Below, one piece after another: positions 56,601-64,000 of a stretch of DNA of 64,000 nt. The stretch's first letter is position 1; each line of letters opens with the position of its first letter. The stretch covers positions 384,462,001-384,526,000 of the forward strand of contig OZ024741.1 in assembly GCA_964016885.1 (NCBI GenBank), in the 5' to 3' direction. The position numbers and the translations under genes were made by a program. This stretch comes from Eledone cirrhosa (taxonomy: Eukaryota). Under the pieces are notes generated by a model. The model was given only the letters and a program-made list of their open reading frames with translations. It was not told where the DNA came from and did no database searches.

Positions 56601-59600
56601 ATGTGTGTGGATGGTGTCTGTGTGTGGATGGTGTGTGTGTGTAGATGTTTATGTGTGTGGATGTTGTATGTGTGTGGATGGTGTCTGTGTGTGGATGGTG
56701 TGTGTGTGTAGATGTTTATGTGTGTGGATGGTGTATGTGTGTGGATGATGTATGTGTGGGGATGGTGTATGTGTGTGGATGTTGTATGTGTGTAGATGTT
56801 GTATGTGTGTGGGGGGTGTATGTGTGTGGATGGTGTATGTGTGTGGAGGGTGTATGTGTGTAGATGTTGTATGTGTGTGGATGGTGTATGTGTGTGGATG
56901 TTGTATGTGTGTGGAGGGTGTATGTGTGTGGATTTTGTATGTGTGTGGATGGTGTATGTGTGTAGATGTTGTATGTGTGTGGAGGGTGTATGTGTGTGGA
57001 TGGTGTATGTGAGAGGATGTTGTATGTGTGTGGATGGTGTATGTGTGTAGATATTGTATGTGTGGGAAGGGTGTATGTGTGTAGATGTTTATGTGTGTGG
57101 ATGGTGTATGTGTGTAGATGTTGTATGTGTGTGGATGTTTTATGTGTGTGGATGGTGTGTGTGTGTGGATTGTGTATGTGTGTGGATGGTGTATGTGTGT
57201 GGATGTTGTATGTGTGTGGATGTTGTATGTGTGTGAATGTTGTATGTGTGTGGATGTTGTATGTGTGTGGATGGTGTATGTGTGGGGATGGTGTATGTGT
57301 GTGGATGGTGTATGTGTGTGGATGGTGTGTGTGTGTGGATGGTGTCTGTGTGTGGATGGTGTATGTGTGTGGATGGTGTATGTGTGTAGATGTTGTATGT
57401 GTGTGGAGGGTGTATGTGTGTGGATGGTGTATGTGTGTGGATGGTGTATGTATGTAGGCGTTGTATGTGTTTGGATGGTGTATGTGTGTAGATGTTGTAT
57501 GTGTGTGGATGGTGTATTTGTGTGGAGGGTGTATGTGTGTGGATGTTGTTTGTGTGTCGATGTTGTATGTGTGTGGATGTTGTATGTGTGTGGATGTTGT
57601 ATGTGTGTGGATGGTGTATGTGTGTGGATGTTGTATGTGTGTGGCTGTTGTATGTGTGTGGAGGGTTTATGTGTGTGGATGGTGTCTGTGTGTTGATGTT
57701 GTATGTGTGTGGATGTTGTATGTGTCTGGATGGTGTATGTGTGTGGAGGGTGTATGTGTGTGGATGTTGTATGTGTGTGGATGTTGTATGTGTCTGGATG
57801 GTGTGTGTGTGTGGATGTTGTATGTGTGTGAATGGTGTATGTGTGTGGATGTTGTATGTGTGTGGATGGTGTATGTGTGTGGATGTTGTATGTGTGTGGA
57901 TGGTGTATGTGTGTGGATGGTGTATGTGTGTGGATGTTGTATGTGTGTGGATGGTGTATGTGTGTGGAGGGTGTATGTGTGTGGAGGGTGTATGTGTGTG
58001 GAGGGTGTATGTGTGTGGATGGCGTATGTGTGTGGATGTTGTATGTGTGTGGCTGTTGTATGTGTGTGGAGGGTTTATGTGTGTGGATGGTGTCTGTGTG
58101 TTGATGTTGTATGTGTGTGGATGTTGTATGTGTCTGGATGGTGTATGTGTGTGGAGGGTGTATGTGTGTGGATGTTGTATGTGTGTGGATGTTGTATGTG
58201 TCTGGATGGTGTGTGTGTGTGGATGTTGTATGTGTGTGAATGGTGTATGTGTGTGGATGTTGTATGTGTGTGGATGGTGTATGTGTGTAGACGTATGTGT
58301 GTGGATGGTGTATGTGTGTGGATGGTGTATGTGTGTGGATGTTGTATGTGTGTGGATGGTGTATGTGTGTGGAGGGTGTATGTGTGTGGAGGGTGTATGT
58401 GTGTGGATGGCGTATGTGTGGGGATGGTGTATGTGTGTGGATGGTGGATGTGTGTAGATGTTGTATGTGTGTGGATGTTGTATGTGTGTGGATGGTGTCT
58501 GTGTGTGGATGGTGTGTGTGTGTAGATGTTTATGTGTGTGGATGGTGTATGTGTGTGGATGATGTATGTGTGGGGATGGTGTATGTGTGTGGATGTTGTA
58601 TGTGTGTGGATGGTGTCTGTGTGTGGAGGGTGTATGTGTGTGGATGGTGTATGTGTGTGGAGGGTGTATGTGTGTAGATGTTGTATGTGTGTGGATGGTG
58701 TATGTGTGTGGATGTTGTATGTGTGTGGAGGGTGTATGTGTGTGGATGTTGTATGTGTGTGGATGGTATATGTGTGTGGATGCTGTGTGTGTGTGGATGT
58801 TGTATGTGTGTGAATGGTGTATGTGTGGGGATGTTGTATGTGTGTGGATTGTGTATGTGTGTAGAGGGTGTATGTGTGTGGAGGGTGTATGTGTGTGGAT
58901 GTTGTATGTGTGTGGATGGTTTATGTGTGTGGAGGGTGTATGTATGTAGACGTTGTATGTGGGTGGAGGGTGTATGTGTGTGTATGTTGTAAGTGTGGGG
59001 ATGTTATATGTGTGTGGAGGGTGTATGTGTGTGGATGGTGTATGTGTGTAGATGTTGTATGTGTGTGGATGTTGTATGTGTGTGGATGGTGTATGTGTGT
59101 GGATGGTGTGTGTGTGTGGATGTTGTATGTGTGTGGATGGTGTATGTGTGTGGATGTTGTATGTGTGTGGATGGTGTATGTGTGTAGACGTTGTATGTGT
59201 GTGGAGGGTTTATGTGTGTGGATGGTGTCTGTGTGTGGATGTTGTATGTGTGTGGATGTTGTATGTGTGTGGATGGTGCGTGTGTGTGGATGTTGTATGT
59301 GTGTGAATGGTGTATGTGTGGGGATGTCGTATGTATGTGGATTGTGTATGTGTGTGGAGGGTGTATGTGTGTGGAGGCTGTATGTGTGTGGATGTTGTAT
59401 GTGTGTGGATGGTTTATGTGTGTGGAGGGTGTATGTGTGTAGACGTTGTATGTGGGTGGATGTTGTATGTGTGTGGATGTTGTATGTGTGTGGATGGTGT
59501 ATGTGTGTAGTCGTATGTGTGTGGATGGTGTATGTGTGTGGATGGTGTATGTGTGTGGATGTTGTATGTGTGTCGATGGTGTATGTGTGTGGAGGGTGTA

Positions 59601-62600
59601 TGTGTGTGGACGGTGTATGTGTGTGGAGGGTGTATGTGTGTGGATGGTGTATGTGTGTGGATGGTGTATGTGTGTGGATGGTGTATGAGTGTTGATGTTG
59701 TATGTGTGTGGATGTTGTATGTGTGTGGATGGTGTCTGTGTGTGGATAGTGTGTGTGTGTAGATGTTTATGTGCGTGGATGATGTATGTGTGGGGATGGT
59801 GTATGTGTGTGGATGTTGTGTGTGTTTATGTTGTATGTGTGTGGAGGGTGTATGTGGGTGGATGGTGTATGTGTTTGGAGGGTGTATGTGTGTAGATGTT
59901 GTATGTGTGTGGATGGTGTATGTGTGTGGATGTTGTATGTGTGTGGATGTTGTACGTGTGTGGATGGTATATGTGTGTGAATGGTGTATGTGTGTGGATG
60001 TTGTATGTGTGTGAATGGTGTATGTGTGTGGATGTTGTATGTGTGTGGATGGTGTATGTGTGTAGACGTATGTGTGTGGATGGTGTATGTGTGTGGATGG
60101 TGTATGTGTGTGGATGTTGTATGTGTGTGGATGGTGTATGTGTGTGGAGGGTGTATGTGTGTGGAGGGTGTATGTGTGTGGATGGCGTATGTGTGGGGAT
60201 GGTGTATGTGTGTGGATGGTGGATGTGTGTAGATGTTGTATGTGTGTGGATGTTGTATGTGTGTGGATGGTGTCTGTGTGTGGATGGTGTGTGTGTGTAG
60301 ATGTTTATGTGTGTGGATGGTGTATGTGTGTGGATGATGTATGTGTGGGGATGGTGTATGTGTGTGGATGTTGTATGTGTGTGGATGGTGTCTGTGTGTG
60401 GAGGGTGTATGTGTGTGGATGGTGTATGTGTGTGGAGGGTGTATGTGTGTAGATGTTGTATGTGTGTGGATGGTGTATGTGTGTGGATGTTGTATGTGTG
60501 TGGAGGGTGTATGTGTGTGGATGTTGTATGTGTGTGGATGGTATATGTGTGTGGATGCTGTGTGTGTGTGGATGTTGTATGTGTGTGAATGGTGTATGTG
60601 TGGGGATGTTGTATGTGTGTGGATTGTGTATGTGTGTAGAGGGTGTATGTGTGTGGAGGGTGTATGTGTGTGGATGTTGTATGTGTGTGGATGGTTTATG
60701 TGTGTGGAGGGTGTATGTATGTAGACGTTGTATGTGGGTGGAGGGTGTATGTGTGTGTATGTTGTAAGTGTGGGGATGTTATATGTGTGTGGAGGGTGTA
60801 TGTGTGTGGATGGTGTATGTGTGTAGATGTTGTATGTGTGTGGATGTTGTATGTGTGTGGATGGTGTATGTGTGTGGATGGTGTGTGTGTGTGGATGTTG
60901 TATGTGTGTGGATGGTGTATGTGTGTGGATGTTGTATGTGTGTGGATGGTGTATGTGTGTAGACGTTGTATGTGTGTGGAGGGTTTATGTGTGTGGATGG
61001 TGTCTGTGTGTGGATGTTGTATGTGTGTGGATGTTGTATGTGTGTGGATGGTGCGTGTGTGTGGATGTTGTATGTGTGTGAATGGTGTATGTGTGGGGAT
61101 GTCGTATGTATGTGGATTGTGTATGTGTGTGGAGGGTGTATGTGTGTGGAGGCTGTATGTGTGTGGATGTTGTATGTGTGTGGATGGTTTATGTGTGTGG
61201 AGGGTGTATGTGTGTAGACGTTGTATGTGGGTGGATGTTGTATGTGTGTGGATGTTGTATGTGTGTGGATGGTGTATGTGTGTAGTCGTATGTGTGTGGA
61301 TGGTGTATGTGTGTGGATGGTGTATGTGTGTGGATGTTGTATGTGTGTCGATGGTGTATGTGTGTGGAGGGTGTATGTGTGTGGACGGTGTATGTGTGTG
61401 GAGGGTGTATGTGTGTGGATGGTGTATGTGTGTGGATGGTGTATGTGTGTGGATGGTGTATGAGTGTTGATGTTGTATGTGTGTGGATGTTGTATGTGTG
61501 TGGATGGTGTCTGTGTGTGGATAGTGTGTGTGTGTAGATGTTTATGTGCGTGGATGATGTATGTGTGGGGATGGTGTATGTGTGTGGATGTTGTGTGTGT
61601 TTATGTTGTATGTGTGTGGAGGGTGTATGTGGGTGGATGGTGTATGTGTTTGGAGGGTGTATGTGTGTAGATGTTGTATGTGTGTGGATGGTGTATGTGT
61701 GTGGATGTTGTATGTGTGTGGATGTTGTACGTGTGTGGATGGTATATGTGTGTGAATGGTGTATGTGTGGGGATGTTGTATGTGTGTGGATTGTGTATGT
61801 GTGTGGAGGGTGTATGTGTGTGGAGGGTGTATGTGTGTGGATGTTGTATGTGTGTGGATGGTTTATGTGTGTGGATGGTGTATGTGTGTAGACGTTGTAT
61901 GTGGGTGGAGGGTGTATGTGTGTGTATGTTGTATGTGTGGGGATGTTATATGTGTGTGGAGGGTGTATGTGTGTGGATGGTGTATGTGTGTGGATGTTGT
62001 ATGTGTGTGGATGGTGTATGTGTGTAGATGTTGTATGTGTGTGGATGTTGTATGTGTCTGGATGGTGTATGTGTGTGGATGGTGTGTGTGTGTGTATGGT
62101 GTATGTGTGTAGACGTTGTATGTGTGTGGATGGTGTATGTGTGTGGATGGTGTATGTGTGTGGATGATGTATGTGTGTAGACATTGTCTGTGTGTGGATG
62201 GTGTATGTGTGTGGAGGGTGTATGTGTGTGGACGTTGTATGTGTGTGGATGGTGTATGTGTGTGGATGGTGTATGTGTGTGGACGTTGTATGTGTGTGGA
62301 TGGTGTATGTGTGTAGATGTTGTATGTGTGTGGATGGTGTATGTGTGTAGATGTTGTATGTGTGTGGAGGGTGTATGTGTGTGGATGGTGTATGTGTGTG
62401 GATGGTGTCTGTGTGTGGATGGTGTCTGTGTGTGGATGGTGTATGTGTGTGGATGGTGTATGTGTGTGGAGGGTGTATGTGTGTGGATGGTGTATGTGTG
62501 TGGATGGTCTCTGTGTGTGGATGGTGTCTGTGTGTGGATGGTTTATGTGTGTGGATGGTGTATGTGTGTGGATGGTGTCTGTGTGTGGATGGTGTCTGTG

Positions 62601-64000
62601 TGTAGATGTTGTATGTGGGTGGATGGTGTATGTGTGTGGAGGGTGTATGTGTGTGGAGGGTGTATGTGAGTGGAGGGTGTATGTGTGTGGATGGTGTATG
62701 TGTGTGGATGGTCTCTGTGTGTGGATGGTGTCTGTGTGTGGATGGTTTATGTGTGTGGATGGAGTATGTGTGGGGATGGTGTCTGTGTGTGGATGGAGTA
62801 TGTGTGGGGATGGTGTATGTGTGTGAATGGTGTATGTGTGTGGATGTTGTATGTGTGTGGATGGTGTATGTGTGTAGACGTATGTGTGTGGATGGTGTAT
62901 GTGTGTGGATGGTGTATGTGTGTGGATGTTGTATGTGTGTGGATGGTGTATGTGTGTGGAGGGTGTATGTGTGTGGAGGGTGTATGTGTGTGGAGGGTGT
63001 ATGTGTGTGGATGGCGTATGTGTGGGGATGGTGTATGTGTGTGGATGGTGTATGTGTGTGGATGGTGGATGTGTGTAGATGTTGTATGTGTGTGGATGTT
63101 GTATGTGTGTGGATGGTGTCTGTGTGTGGATGGTGTATGTGTGTGGAGGGTGTATGTGTGTGGATGGTGTATGTGTGTAGATGTTGTATGTGTGTGGAGG
63201 GTGTATGTGTGTGGATGGTGTATGTGTGTGGACGTTGTATGTGTGTGGATGGTGTATGTGTGTGGATGGTGTATGTGTGTGGACGTTGTATGTGTGTGGA
63301 TGGTGTATGTGTGTGGATGGTGTATGTGTGTGGACGTTGTATGTGTGTGGATGGTGTATGTGTGTAGATGTTGTATGTGTGTGGATGGTGTATGTGTGTA
63401 GATGTTGTATGTGTGTGGAGGGTGTATGTGTGTGGATGGTGTATGTGTATGGATGGTCTCTGTGTGTGGATGGTGTCTGTGTGTGGATGGTTTATGTGTG
63501 TGGATGGTGTATGTGTGTGGATGGTGTCTGTGTGTGGATGGTGTCTGTGTGTGGATGGTGTCTGTGTGTGGATGGTGTATGTGTGTGGATGGTGTATGTG
63601 TGTGGATGGTGTATGTGTGTGGATGGTGTATGTATGTAGACGTTGTACGTGTGTGGATGGTGTATGTGTGTAGATGTTGTATGTGTGTGGATGGTGTATG
63701 TGTGTGGATGGTGTATGTGTGTGGATGGTGTATGTGTGTGGATGGTGTATGTATGTAGACGTTGTACGTGTGGGGATGGTGTATGTGTATGGATGGTGTA
63801 TGTGTGTAGACGTTGTATGTGTGTGGAGGGTGTATGTGTGTGGATGGTGTCTGTGTGTGGATGTTGTATGTGTGTGGATGGTGTGTGTGTGTGGATGTTT
63901 TATGTGTGTGGATGGTGTATGTGTGTAGATGTTGTATGTGTGTGGATGGTGTATGTGTGTGGATGTTGTATGTGTGTGGATGTTGTATGTGTGTGGATGT
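29690..64000. repeat. 17-bp satellite array, >34 kb, runs off the window
   Basis: Consensus GTATGTGTGTGGATGGT with common variants ending GGATGTT, GGAGGGT, AGATGTT. About 2000 units by length; three units give the 17-aa pseudo-repeat seen in the ORF track. Confidence 0.98.

Noticed and set aside
29624-63928. Hundreds of Cys/Val/Met/Trp-rich and His/Thr/Pro-rich ORFs up to 651 aa
   Set aside because: Translations of the stop-poor 17-bp satellite in all frames; no evidence of coding.
29690-64000. Telomeric repeat array
   Set aside because: No TTAGGG tandem; the unit is 17 bp and heterogeneous.

Overview
Eukaryotic, repeat-saturated DNA with no host gene that I can support. The (TA)n/(TG)n/(TATG)n density and SINE types suggest an octopod cephalopod, which is an inference from repeat style. 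Bases 1-29.6 kb are a patchwork of retroelement remnants sitting in microsatellites: a decayed Penelope-like element (PLE; RT thumb plus GIY-YIG endonuclease), RTE and R4/Dong-like LINE pieces, tRNA-derived SINEs, a Helitron and small DNA MITEs. Bases ~29.7-64 kb are one >34 kb array of a 17-bp G/T-rich satellite with higher-order duplications. The most notable signal is a dense set of small non-coding elements from several unrelated families that carry type I hammerhead ribozyme motifs (11 complete or near-complete, plus several half or degenerate ones). They lie in (TA)n tracts and share an inverted 'pLTR end / pLTR+tail end' architecture, with breakpoints often falling in hammerhead stem II. 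Almost all ORF-track entries are microsatellite or satellite artefacts. All folds and alignments were done by eye.
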